Shown here piece after piece: positions 40,397 to 49,985 of a stretch of DNA of 64,000 nucleotides. The position numbers and the translations under genes are program-made. Below the pieces are notes generated by a model that was not told where the DNA came from, did not search any database, and saw only the letters and a list, made by a program, of their open reading frames with translations. Within the stretch, counting starts at the first letter, position 1, and each line of letters begins with the position of its first letter. The stretch lies in assembly GCA_050633305.1 (NCBI GenBank), contig JBOEGF010000010.1:96001-160000 (forward strand), in the 5' to 3' direction. This stretch comes from Nannocystales bacterium. GTDB lineage: Bacteria > Myxococcota_A > Polyangia > Nannocystales > Nannocystaceae.

Positions 40397-41077
40397 ATGT
40401 CCGACCCTCTCGATCCCCGCCGCACCTTCGACCACGCGCTTGCGTTGGGCCTGGGCTTCGCCTGGGCTGGCTTCTCGGGGCAGACCCGTCCGTTGGTGAT
40501 CGCGGCGGTGTGGATGTTTGGGACGTGGCTGTGGAGTGCACGAGGCCGCTGGACGCCCAGTGGTCGGTTCGGGGCGGCCAACGTTGTCACGCTCATCCGA
40601 CTCGTCCTGGCGTTTTCGATGTTGGCGTTGCCGCTGCATCTGCGGCGACCCGGGGCGGGTCTGTTGCTGATGGCCTTCTTCGCGCTCGACGGCCTCGACG
40701 GAAAGCTCGCCCGACGATCGGGCCAGAGCTCGAAGTTCGGTGCGGCGTTCGACATGGAGACCGACGCCTTCATGACCGGGCTGGCATCGATCGTCGCAGT
40801 TGACCTGGGCTGCATGGGCCTGTGGATGCTCGGGGTTGGCGGGCTGCGCTACCTGTTCGTGCTGGTCACGTACCGCTTTCCAAGCGAGCCCGAGCCCGTA
40901 CGAACCAGCGCTCGCTGGGCGTTCTCGCTGCTGATGGTCGGGCTGACCGCGGCGCTGACCCTGGACTGGCCGCCGTTCGATTGGTTGGCGGCCGCGGGCG
41001 CCGCGGGAGTCGTCGTGTCGTTTGGGCGATCGTTCGTGTGGGTGTTCCAGCACCGTCGCGGGACGTCCGTCGTGTGA
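40397..41077 (+). CDS. CDP-alcohol phosphatidyltransferase family protein
   Basis: ANVVTLIR; DGLDGKLARR...FGAAFDMETD signature. Confidence 0.92.
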   Translation: MSDPLDPRRTFDHALALGLGFAWAGFSGQTRPLVIAAVWMFGTWLWSARGRWTPSGRFGAANVVTLIRLVLAFSMLALPLHLRRPGAGLLLMAFFALDGLDGKLARRSGQSSKFGAAFDMETDAFMTGLASIVAVDLGCMGLWMLGVGGLRYLFVLVTYRFPSEPEPVRTSARWAFSLLMVGLTAALTLDWPPFDWLAAAGAAGVVVSFGRSFVWVFQHRRGTSVV

Positions 41078-42021
41078 CCGTGTCTTCGACGGCGCGCCGG
41101 GTCTTGCGGGTGGTCGGTAGCGTCGGGCTGCTCGCCGCGGTCGTATGGTGGGTTGACGTCGGCGCTGTCCTCGACACGTTGTCCGAAGCACGGCTGGCTC
41201 CACTTGGGGTTGCGCTCGTGGTCTCGGTTCCCCTGGCGTTGTTGCTGGCGGCTCGGTGGTGCTTCACTGCGCGTCGGATGGGGATTGACCTCCCTCTGGG
41301 CGTCGCGGCGCGCGAGTACTACGTCTCGATGTTGATCAACCGAGTCGTTCCCGGGGGCGTTGTGGGCGATGTTGGGCGGGCGGTCCAAAGCGGTCGCCGC
41401 AATCCTGAAGCTCGAGGAGCCGCGGCTCGCAGTGTGGTGCTCGAACGGGTGTCGGGCCAGGTCTCGTTGTGGTTGGTGGTCCTGGGGGGCTTGGTCGTGT
41501 GGGGGGCGGAAACCGGGGCTCGACTCGCGCTCATCGTATTGGCGGTTCTGGCCAGCGCTGCGGTTCTCGTTGCCCTATTCGTACGAATCCCGGCGGTCGC
41601 CCGCGGTCGTATCGGGAGGTGGTGGTCGGTCGGGACCGCCGAGGCCCGGGAAGCATTCGTGCACCGCGGAGCGTGGGCCACGCAGCTGGGACTCTCTCTT
41701 CTGAGCGTGGGGGTCCTGGTTGTGATGTACGCGGGGTGTGTCGAGGCAGTCGGTGCGACGCTGGGTCTCTCTCAGTTGGTCTTCATTGCGCCGACGTTGC
41801 TCGCCCTGACGACGCTGCCGTTGTCGGTGGGAGGTTGGGGAGTACGCGAGGCTGCCTCGGCGGTCCTGTTCGAAGTCGCGGGCCTGGACCCATCGGCGGG
41901 CGTGGCCGCGTCTGCTGCCTTTGGGGCAGTCAATCTCGTGGCCGCGCTGCCCGGGGCGTGGTTCTGGGCGCGCCGGGCCGCAACGCCGGGCCTTGCCCGT
42001 GACGAGCCCGCAGAACCGTGA
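41074..42021 (+). CDS. Lysylphosphatidylglycerol-synthase-TM (UPF0104, flippase-like) membrane protein
   Basis: RW, N...PGG.VGD..R, VVLER, LP.SVGGWGVRE; many TM helices; GTGA-coupled. Confidence 0.88.
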   Translation: MTVSSTARRVLRVVGSVGLLAAVVWWVDVGAVLDTLSEARLAPLGVALVVSVPLALLLAARWCFTARRMGIDLPLGVAAREYYVSMLINRVVPGGVVGDVGRAVQSGRRNPEARGAAARSVVLERVSGQVSLWLVVLGGLVVWGAETGARLALIVLAVLASAAVLVALFVRIPAVARGRIGRWWSVGTAEAREAFVHRGAWATQLGLSLLSVGVLVVMYAGCVEAVGATLGLSQLVFIAPTLLALTTLPLSVGGWGVREAASAVLFEVAGLDPSAGVAASAAFGAVNLVAALPGAWFWARRAATPGLARDEPAEP

Positions 42022-42024
42022 CCT

Positions 42025-42993
42025 TCAGCCCTTGGTCCCGCGTAGCGGACAGTCGAACAACACGTCCGGGCCGAGCGTGAAGTGGCGACATGAAATTCGC
42101 ATCGCTTCGTCCAACGTGGCGATCTCAGGGAGCCTGAGCGAGGGTCGACCGGAGCCCATCAGGACCGGGGCGACCGTGATGTGGAGGCGGTCGAGGACGC
42201 CAGCCTTCATGAATCCCGAGACCGTGATGCCGCCACCTTCGACGAAGACCCTGCGAAGGCCGCGCTCGGCGAGGGCTTCGAGCAGGACTGGGGCCGGAAT
42301 CCAGCCATCCTCCAACTCCAGTTCCACGACGTCGACGTGTGCAGGCGCGTCAAAGCGACCCGGCCCGCGAACGAGGACTGTGCTTGCGTCGGGCTCGGTG
42401 AAGACGTGATGGGTGTTGGGAAGGCGGCCCGTCGGATCGACGATCACGCGCGTGGGGTTGGGGCCCGGTGCCAGTCGGGTCGTCAGCCGCGGGTCGTCGT
42501 GTTCGATGGTTCGCGCCCCGACGAGGACTGCATCGAACATCGCGCGGAGCCGATGGGTGTGGGTGAGATCTTCGCGTCCGCTGATGAACTTCGAAGAGCC
42601 AGATGCGGTCGCGACACGGCCATCGAGCGACTGCGCGAGGTGGGCGACAACCAGGGACGGTGCATCTGCACCCACACACAGCGGCACGAAGAGATCGAGG
42701 AGGTCGCAGCTCGCGGGGGGTAGCTCGGGCTCAAGCGCCTCGGGGACGGACCAACCCCGGCTCTGGGCCGGATCGAGGACCACGGTCGCACGTTCGATGG
42801 GGACTTCGACGAGGTGGTCCTCTGCGTCGAGTGCGACGCCGATGGGCGTTGAGATCTCGCCCCCGGCACGCAGCCGGTCGGCGAGCTGCAGGAGCAGACA
42901 CCAGGCCCGCTTGGGCCCAAAGGACGCAAGTACCCCGGACCCCGATTGGGCAGCAGCGTCCACAGAAGAACCGTCAAGCAAAGTCGAAGTCAT
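42025..42993 (-). CDS. RibD C-terminal-type reductase without deaminase domain
   Basis: AQSLDGR, HRLRA..DAVLVGA.T...DDP.LT.R, VFVEGGG, APVLMGSG. Confidence 0.88.
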   Translation of the reverse strand: MTSTLLDGSSVDAAAQSGSGVLASFGPKRAWCLLLQLADRLRAGGEISTPIGVALDAEDHLVEVPIERATVVLDPAQSRGWSVPEALEPELPPASCDLLDLFVPLCVGADAPSLVVAHLAQSLDGRVATASGSSKFISGREDLTHTHRLRAMFDAVLVGARTIEHDDPRLTTRLAPGPNPTRVIVDPTGRLPNTHHVFTEPDASTVLVRGPGRFDAPAHVDVVELELEDGWIPAPVLLEALAERGLRRVFVEGGGITVSGFMKAGVLDRLHITVAPVLMGSGRPSLRLPEIATLDEAMRISCRHFTLGPDVLFDCPLRGTKG

Positions 42994-43179
42994 GGGGCAT
43001 GCGCTTTTCGCGACACGACGTTTGCCCAGAGTACCAGGCGCGCGGTGGGGTCCGCTGCAGGTCCCGCGACTTGGTGATCTACGAGCGTGCGCGGAGGTGC
43101 TTCCACGGGGGCCTTCCCCGCCCTCGCGGTTCTCCCTGGCTCCAGCCGTGGCTGCTAGGCTGCGCCCTCTTCAGGGTGG

Positions 43180-44013
43180 ATGACCGGGCTCCTTCCTAGC
43201 TTCATGATCATCGGCGAGCGCAAGTGCGGGACGACCTCCCTGTACCGCTACCTCACCGAGCATCCCGCGGTCCTTCCTTGCACCGTCAAGGAGACACACT
43301 TCTTTTCCAAGTCCAGCCGTGTGGTGCGCCGGGACATCGAGCAGTACCGCTCGTTCTTCCCGTCCGCGGACGATGCGGCGGTGGAGTCGCAGATCCTCGA
43401 CCTGGACGAACGAGACCAGATCATCGAGACCAAGCTCTCGAAGCCCATCGAATCAGGTCGCACGTACATCACCGGTGAAGCGTCCGCGAACATGCTGATG
43501 ACGGTCCCGCCACGCCGCATCTTCGACGTGCTGCCGAAGGTCAAGCTCATCGTCGTCGCCCGCGATCCCGTCGCCCGGGCTTTCTCGCATCACGCGATGC
43601 ACGTCCGCTTCAAGCAAGAGGGGCGATGGCAGTTCCGATTCGTGTCCGACTACCGGCGCGACTTCGAACGCGAGCGCTGGGCGTCGCGCTTGGGGATCCG
43701 CGGCCCCTACCTCGCGCCTGGCCGGTACGAGGAGAGCCTGCGTCGCTGGCTGGGCGTCTTCCCTCGCGAACAGGTCTCCGTGGTTCGGACGGAAGACCTC
43801 GCAGAGCCCCACGCCCAGGCCCGAGTCCTCGAGAACCTGTGCGACTTCCTCGACCTCGACCGCTTCAACTTCTCCGGGGTCGGAGGCGCCAAGTTGAACG
43901 TGGCATCGAGCGTCGCCCGTGATGAGCAGACGGCGGCACGGCTTCGAGCGTACTTCGCCCCCTCGACGGAGCGTCTGGAGCGCCTGCTGGGCCGCTCCAT
44001 GGCCTGGGACTGA
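43180..44013 (+). CDS. PAPS-dependent sulfotransferase
   Basis: 5'-[23 protein letters not shown], 3'-PB RDPV.RAFS. Confidence 0.88.
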   Translation: MTGLLPSFMIIGERKCGTTSLYRYLTEHPAVLPCTVKETHFFSKSSRVVRRDIEQYRSFFPSADDAAVESQILDLDERDQIIETKLSKPIESGRTYITGEASANMLMTVPPRRIFDVLPKVKLIVVARDPVARAFSHHAMHVRFKQEGRWQFRFVSDYRRDFERERWASRLGIRGPYLAPGRYEESLRRWLGVFPREQVSVVRTEDLAEPHAQARVLENLCDFLDLDRFNFSGVGGAKLNVASSVARDEQTAARLRAYFAPSTERLERLLGRSMAWD

Positions 44014-44077
44014 CTTCAGCGGACACGATGGATCTGACTATCGAAGCGGGACGGGGTGATCTACGGTCCTGCTCCGC

Positions 44078-45850
44078 GTGCTGGAGCAGATCAGACGACA
44101 CCCTGCGGTCCGAGTGGCCGGCCCTTGGCTCGCTCTCTTCGCGCTGAACGTCCTGTTCATCGCGCCGGGGGTCGGGCTCGAGGTTCCGGACCGGACATCC
44201 GTTCTGCTGGCCCCCAGCGGTGACCTGCTGTTGCTGGTCGGCATCGTCGTGGTGTCGGTCCGCTGGCGCCACGGTGTGTGGCTCAAACGCTCCGCCATCG
44301 TTGCTGGCGTTGTGCTGTGGATCTACCTCTGGGACGAGCTGATCGCCCGTTCGATCATCTACCAGAGCCCGCCGCTGTACGACCAAGCCTTCTTGCTGCG
44401 GCACTTTGCCGTGCTGATCCTCGACCTTTGGAGTTGGAAAGTCGGGCTCGGTCTATTGGGCATCGTCCTTGCGACGGCGCTCGTGGTTTGGCTGGCTCGG
44501 GTGTTGCTGCGCGTCACGGTGACGGGGATTCGTGCGCAGTCGGTGCGGTCTCAGCTGATAGGGGCGGGTCTACTCGCCGCACTCATCGGCCTTGGCACCG
44601 TCGTCGACAACAGCCAGAAGACACCTCGGCGAGAACGCTTGGTGCATTGGACGACTCCCGCGCTCAGCACCAACGCGGCAGCTTCACTGCGGATGTACCA
44701 AGCCCTGCAGCGCGGGATCTCCGACTCGCCCTACGCCGCCTACCCGCAACAGGTCCCGCTGGCTCGTAAGCCCGACATCCATCTGCTGTTGGTCGAGAGC
44801 TACGGTCGCCTTCTCATCACGGATGCAGAGGCTGGTCCCGCCTGGCGAGAGCAAGTCACGGGTCTGGAGAGCCGGCTTCGGGACAAGGGGTGGGACATGG
44901 TCAGCGCGTTCTCCCGCGCTCCCATCTCCGGCGGCCGCTCCTGGCTGGCTGAAGGCACGCTGCTCACGGGGATCTACGTTCGCTTCGAGGCGGTGTTTCA
45001 GCACCTCGTCGCCGATATCTCGCAGACGCCGAACCTCGTCGCGTACCTCGACACCCAAGGATACGAGACAGTGTTGCTGGCCCCCAAGGCGAAACCTCGT
45101 CCCGGGGTCGAGGCGGTCAATCGTTACAACTACGACCAGCAGGTGGAGGCTCTGGATCTCGAGTACACGGGGCCTCGCTTCGGTTGGGGCATCATCCCCG
45201 ATCAGTACAGCCTGGGCTTCACCCAAGAGCATGTCCTGTCGAAGATCGAAGGACCGGCGTTCTTCAACTTCCACATGGTCAGTTCTCACGCGCCGTGGCA
45301 GATCATCCCCGAGTTCCAGGACGACTGGCGCAGCCTCAACGACGCCGAGGCATCGCCGGACGCAGCGAACCAGGATCCTATCGCGACACCGGGACAGGAG
45401 TTCATGGCTCGCATGCGTCGGTATCAACGCCGCAAGCCCAAGTACATGTGGATGGGCGACGCCGACGCGCTGAAGATCGATGCCTACGCCGCCTCGATCC
45501 GCTACGACCTCGAGCTCCTGACCCGCTACGTCGAAGACCTCGACCGGGACGCCATCGTCATCATCATGGGCGATCATCAGCCGCCTCTGCTCTCACGCGA
45601 GGACGAGACGTTCGACGTTCCGATCCACATCCTGGCTCGCGACCCTGCGCTCCTCGAGGAGTTCCGAGAGCAGGGGTTCGTGGACGGTTTGGGGATCAAC
45701 TCCGGGCGTGACGCGGCCTTGGCCCACGAAGGGGTGTTCTCGATGATGGTGCGGGCTTTGGCCCGTTGTTGCGCCGAGCCGGGCTCTTCGATGGTGCCGT
45801 ACCTGCCCGAAGGGGCGCCAGGAATCGACGATCGTGGCCGTCGCAAGTAG
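44078..45850 (+). CDS. Membrane-anchored alkaline phosphatase/sulfatase superfamily enzyme (LtaS-like architecture)
   Basis: About 5 N-terminal TM helices; VESYG, GGRSWLA, SSHAPW, GDHQP. Confidence 0.82.
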   Translation: MLEQIRRHPAVRVAGPWLALFALNVLFIAPGVGLEVPDRTSVLLAPSGDLLLLVGIVVVSVRWRHGVWLKRSAIVAGVVLWIYLWDELIARSIIYQSPPLYDQAFLLRHFAVLILDLWSWKVGLGLLGIVLATALVVWLARVLLRVTVTGIRAQSVRSQLIGAGLLAALIGLGTVVDNSQKTPRRERLVHWTTPALSTNAAASLRMYQALQRGISDSPYAAYPQQVPLARKPDIHLLLVESYGRLLITDAEAGPAWREQVTGLESRLRDKGWDMVSAFSRAPISGGRSWLAEGTLLTGIYVRFEAVFQHLVADISQTPNLVAYLDTQGYETVLLAPKAKPRPGVEAVNRYNYDQQVEALDLEYTGPRFGWGIIPDQYSLGFTQEHVLSKIEGPAFFNFHMVSSHAPWQIIPEFQDDWRSLNDAEASPDAANQDPIATPGQEFMARMRRYQRRKPKYMWMGDADALKIDAYAASIRYDLELLTRYVEDLDRDAIVIIMGDHQPPLLSREDETFDVPIHILARDPALLEEFREQGFVDGLGINSGRDAALAHEGVFSMMVRALARCCAEPGSSMVPYLPEGAPGIDDRGRRK

Positions 45851-46784
45851 CTCGCTTCACCACCGGTTGGTGGCCCCCCCGTTGGAGGGGCCCATCACCG
45901 GTGGGACCCTCTACAACCGGTTCCTGTGTGAAGCGCTCACCCGATGTGGCGATCGGGTTGAGGTCGTCGCGGCCGCCGCCGACTGCGAGGGGTTTGCGTG
46001 GGTGGATTCGCTCTTCCTGCCCCACGTTGCCGAACTGTGGAGCCGTCGCCCCATGGGGTTGCTCGCACACTACTTGCCATCGGTGTTCGAAGGACGCACC
46101 GAGCTCGAGTCGTTTGAAAGGCTGGCCCTACGGCACGCCGCGCTCGTGGTGTGTACGGGAGCCTGGATGCTCGATACGGTTGCCGAGCTTGGTGTCCCGA
46201 TGCAACGTCTTGCGCTCGTCGAGCCTGGAGTGAGCGCTGCTGCCAGCGTCGCGGATCCCGTCGATGGGGTGATGACCGCACTCCTCGTCGGCACCGTTAC
46301 CCAGCGCAAGGGCGTGCTCGAGCTCATCGAGGAAGTCCGTCGTTCGCCTCCCACGGAGCCGTGGCGGCTGGAGGTCCTCGGTGATCAGGCCGCGGAACCC
46401 GAGTATGCCCAAGCGTGCAAAGACGCTGCGGTTGGCCTCCCTGTCGCGTTTCTTGGCGCCCGCCCGCCCGAAGAAGCCCTCGATGTGATCGGGCGCGCGG
46501 ATGTGTTGGTGTCCGCGGCGACGGTCGAGTCCTACGGCATGGCGATCGCCGAAGCCCAGGCATGCGGAGTGCCCGTCTTGGCGCGTCGCGGCGGCCACGT
46601 TGCGCAGCTCGTGTCGCGGGTGCCCTCGGGCGTCGTGGTCGACGGCGTCCCTGCGCTTGTCACCGAGCTCCGTCGGCATGCCCAAGCTCCCGCCTACCTC
46701 GCGGACCTTCGAGAAATCAGCCGAGCGCATCGCCCCAAGAGAACCTGGGACGACGCAGCCAGCGAGTTTCGCACCCTGCGATAA
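45834..46784 (+). CDS. GT-B glycosyltransferase, family 4-like
   Basis: TGG.LYN, RKG, ESYGMAIAEA.A.GVPV. Confidence 0.88.
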   Translation: MAVASSSLHHRLVAPPLEGPITGGTLYNRFLCEALTRCGDRVEVVAAAADCEGFAWVDSLFLPHVAELWSRRPMGLLAHYLPSVFEGRTELESFERLALRHAALVVCTGAWMLDTVAELGVPMQRLALVEPGVSAAASVADPVDGVMTALLVGTVTQRKGVLELIEEVRRSPPTEPWRLEVLGDQAAEPEYAQACKDAAVGLPVAFLGARPPEEALDVIGRADVLVSAATVESYGMAIAEAQACGVPVLARRGGHVAQLVSRVPSGVVVDGVPALVTELRRHAQAPAYLADLREISRAHRPKRTWDDAASEFRTLR

Positions 46785-46787
46785 GGC

Positions 46788-49037
46788 TCAGTTCTTCTTG
46801 CCGAGCACGACAAGTCCGTAGTGCTCGACAAAGATCGCAAGCTCGGCGCCCGGCTTGCCGTCGAGGTCTCCGACCGCGGTCGACAGCGACGTCCCTTCGC
46901 CGCGGATCTTGAGGATAGGCGTCCCCGCGTGGTTGTAGGCCACGACCCCGCCGCGGCTCGTGACGATGATGTCTGCCTCGCCGTCTCCATCGACGTCGAA
47001 GTCGGTGATTGGAGCATCGTCCCAACGCCCGAGGTAGATGTCGACGTCCTTGCCGTCGAGGGTTGTCGATCCGCCGGCCTGCATGCCTTGAGGGGCCTTC
47101 GTACCTTTTCCGCGGGCTTTGCCGTCCGCGCCGTATCGCAGGATGGATCCGTCCACCTGAACGAGAACGTCGGAGCCCGACACCGCGACCGCCTCCAGGC
47201 CATCGATGCCGTCGGTTTTCCATCGCGCCTCGGGCACGGCCTTCATGGCCAGCACCTTGTCTTCGTCTTTCACGATGATCTCCGCGAACCCGTCACCGTC
47301 GAGGTCGGTGATGCCTTTGACATCGGCCATTCGCGAGGTGCTGTAGTCCCAGTAGAGTTCGCCTCGAGCGTCGACGACTTTGAGCGATTGCCATCCGGCC
47401 AAGATCCACTCTTGGCTGCCGTCACCATCGAGGTCGGCCGCGCGAGCAGCCCTCGTGTAGCCGCTCAGCGGAGTTGAGCCCGCAGCCTCTCCCGCGGCGG
47501 TCCACCGCATCAGACCTTCGCGCCCCACAATGCCGAGTTCGCCGGGCTTTCCCGCACCTCGACCCGCGATCGCGATCGCCTTGGCGTTGCCAGCGACCGG
47601 GCGCTTCCATTGGACGTCGAAGCCTGCGGGGGCCATCTCGACGGAGAGCAACGAGCGCTTGGAGTCCTTGTCTTCGCCACTGATCAGCGGCGCGACCTCG
47701 TTGGCGAGCTTGTTCTGCAGGTCGGCGTCGTATCCGGTCCGTGCGTGGGCGATGCGCCCCTCGCGGTCGATGACGTACAGCGCTGGGATGCCCGAGTAGT
47801 TGTACGAGGACAGCTGCTCTGCATCTTCGAAGACAACCGTGAACCCGCTGATCCCCTCCTTCTTCATGAAGGGGGCAACCTTCGAGCGCGAGTTGAAGTT
47901 GTCGGTGTTGATCGCGAGCACCTCGACGCCGTTGTCTTTGTTGGCTGCGAGGAACTTTTGTAGGACCGGCATCTCCTTCTTGCAGGGCCCACACCACGTG
48001 GCCCAGAAGGTCATGATCACGACCTTGCCGCGGTAGTCGCTGAGCTTGACCGTCTTGCCCGAGAGGTCCTTGAGCGCAAAGTCCTGAGCGAGCTGAGCCT
48101 CGGCGGTGACCAGGCGCGCGGACTTGCTGTCGAGGCCGAGGTCTTGCTTGGTCTTGTCGTACAGCTCACGCAACTTGACGTCGCTGATGAACCCGACGGT
48201 GTCGGCGAATGCCGCCTTGGCCTCGTCGGTGCGCCCCTGCTGGTGGAGCGCCGCGGCGCGCAGCAGATGAAGCTTGTCCTGCATGCCTGTGGGGAGCGTT
48301 TGCGTGGTCTCCCCGCTGAGCATCACGCCCGAAGGCACATTCAGGGCTGCTTTCGCGGCGCGGTCGAGGGCCGAGAGCGCGGCCGTGGGTGACTCATGGT
48401 CGAGATGGATGCGACCTTCGAGCACGTAGGTCTGCATGCGCTGGTAGTCGATCCACATCGCCGCGCGGCGCTTCTTGGCGTCATCTTTTTCGGCGTCGAC
48501 ATCTTGGTCCCAGTCGCGGTCGAGCCGGGCGCGGGCTTCGTCGAGCATGCGAAGTGCGCTGTCGATCGGGAGACCGTGTTTGACGTGGTATTCGCGGACG
48601 AGTTCGACAGGGAGCCGCGTCGCGTCCTCGTCCGTCTTGCATCGCATTTCGACGAATCGGGCCAACTCGGCGGCGTCGTAGTTGCCCTGTTCGACCATCG
48701 CGTCGGTGAGCGCTTCGAGCACATCGCCGGCTGCGTGGTGGCCCTCGTTGGATGCGATGAACCGCTTGCACTGTTCGATGCGCTGCGTCAGCTCGGGTGC
48801 CTTGGATGCCGACTCGCCATCCTTTTGGACCTTGCGCCAATCCTCCAACCGCATGGGTGGGGCGTCATTGACGACGGCGACAGGAGCATCGGGGTTGGTT
48901 TCGTCTTCGGCGGTCGCAGCCGCGTTCTGCGTCGTGTCGGGCGTGGAGGAGGAGGCGGCGCCTGTTGTGACCGTGCTGCATGCGGCCACCAGAGGGGAGA
49001 GCAGAAGGAGGAGAGACGGATGGGACAACTTCGGCAT
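46788..49037 (-). CDS. TlpA-like thiol-disulfide oxidoreductase lipoprotein with TPR-like and FG-GAP-like domains
   Basis: VAAC lipobox; DF.LKDL.GK.V.LSD.RGK, FWATWCGPC, GIP; DLDGDG repeats. Confidence 0.85.
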   Translation of the reverse strand: MPKLSHPSLLLLLSPLVAACSTVTTGAASSSTPDTTQNAAATAEDETNPDAPVAVVNDAPPMRLEDWRKVQKDGESASKAPELTQRIEQCKRFIASNEGHHAAGDVLEALTDAMVEQGNYDAAELARFVEMRCKTDEDATRLPVELVREYHVKHGLPIDSALRMLDEARARLDRDWDQDVDAEKDDAKKRRAAMWIDYQRMQTYVLEGRIHLDHESPTAALSALDRAAKAALNVPSGVMLSGETTQTLPTGMQDKLHLLRAAALHQQGRTDEAKAAFADTVGFISDVKLRELYDKTKQDLGLDSKSARLVTAEAQLAQDFALKDLSGKTVKLSDYRGKVVIMTFWATWCGPCKKEMPVLQKFLAANKDNGVEVLAINTDNFNSRSKVAPFMKKEGISGFTVVFEDAEQLSSYNYSGIPALYVIDREGRIAHARTGYDADLQNKLANEVAPLISGEDKDSKRSLLSVEMAPAGFDVQWKRPVAGNAKAIAIAGRGAGKPGELGIVGREGLMRWTAAGEAAGSTPLSGYTRAARAADLDGDGSQEWILAGWQSLKVVDARGELYWDYSTSRMADVKGITDLDGDGFAEIIVKDEDKVLAMKAVPEARWKTDGIDGLEAVAVSGSDVLVQVDGSILRYGADGKARGKGTKAPQGMQAGGSTTLDGKDVDIYLGRWDDAPITDFDVDGDGEADIIVTSRGGVVAYNHAGTPILKIRGEGTSLSTAVGDLDGKPGAELAIFVEHYGLVVLGKKN

Positions 49038-49242
49038 GACGTGCGCTCTTCTCGTCACGTACAGACAGGAGCAAGGTTCCCGTCTCGTCGTGTCGAGCAC
49101 ACTCTAGGACACAAGCCGGACCTGCGTGGTTTGCGGGTTGCGGAAGCCCTGGACCACCGAGGAGCCGCAGCCCTGGAAGAGTTCACCACGGGCCGAACGG
49201 CCGCCGATGGGTACGGTGGAGTCGTTCGCGTCGTCTCTGTGC

Positions 49243-49653
49243 TCAGGGGGCGGGAAATCCCAGTGGTGCTGTCGCCTCGCAGGGGTCGGAATAACAGACG
49301 GGCTCAACCCGGGGACGCTCCGAGCTCACCGGACGTAGCTCCGCCAGGAGTCGAGACCACTCGATGAGCATCGTGTGCCGTCGGGGCCAGCGGCCGGAGC
49401 GGAGGACAAACGGGAGCGTGGGCTCGCTCAGCATCTTGCGCACCGCTTCGGCCCCGCCGTGCCCGTGGGCTTTCGCGTGGATGACGATGTCGCGGTAGAA
49501 GAAGATCTCCTGCCGACCTTCGGAGGTCGCTCGCCAGGCCTCGAGTGGCCCCGCGGTACGCAGCGCGACTCGTGCGGCCTCTTGGAGACATGCGACCTCG
49601 GTGGACCAGCGAGTTCGATCGTGGGACTCGGATGTTGGGTTCACTGCGCGCAC
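49243..49653 (-). CDS. Small protein with possible DUF4388/PATAN-like segment
   Basis: EIFF...IVIHA...G.EAV..ML....F......P...T......LL.E pattern; weak. Confidence 0.4.
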   Translation of the reverse strand: MRAVNPTSESHDRTRWSTEVACLQEAARVALRTAGPLEAWRATSEGRQEIFFYRDIVIHAKAHGHGGAEAVRKMLSEPTLPFVLRSGRWPRRHTMLIEWSRLLAELRPVSSERPRVEPVCYSDPCEATAPLGFPAP

Positions 49654-49985
49654 ACCATGGTGGTGCGGTGTTACGGGCGGGTCTCCGTGGGGTCAGAGTT
49701 TCGGGACCTTTCGGAGACGGGTTGGCTGACGCCCGTGTTTGTAGATGGCGCGCAGATACTGGCAGGATACGGGGGAGAGGTCCGGGCCCTCGGGTTGTAG
49801 CGTCGGCGCGACCGGCTCTGGAGCGTGGGGGCTGAGTTTGTGGCGCTCTTGGGACTCCGCCGGAGACGGACGAAGGCGAGTCGGCGCGGCTGAGCTCCCT
49901 TGGAGGGTGCCGCGCGGTCGTCCGCTGAGGTCGTCCGCGTGCGGTCCCGGAGCGGCACATCTGCGCTCGGGGACCCGCGGTGCCT

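Noticed and set aside
36644..42993. Assigning queD and ribD gene symbols
   Set aside because: The PTPS lacks the QueD catalytic motif and the RibD-like protein lacks the deaminase domain; the context suggests another pathway
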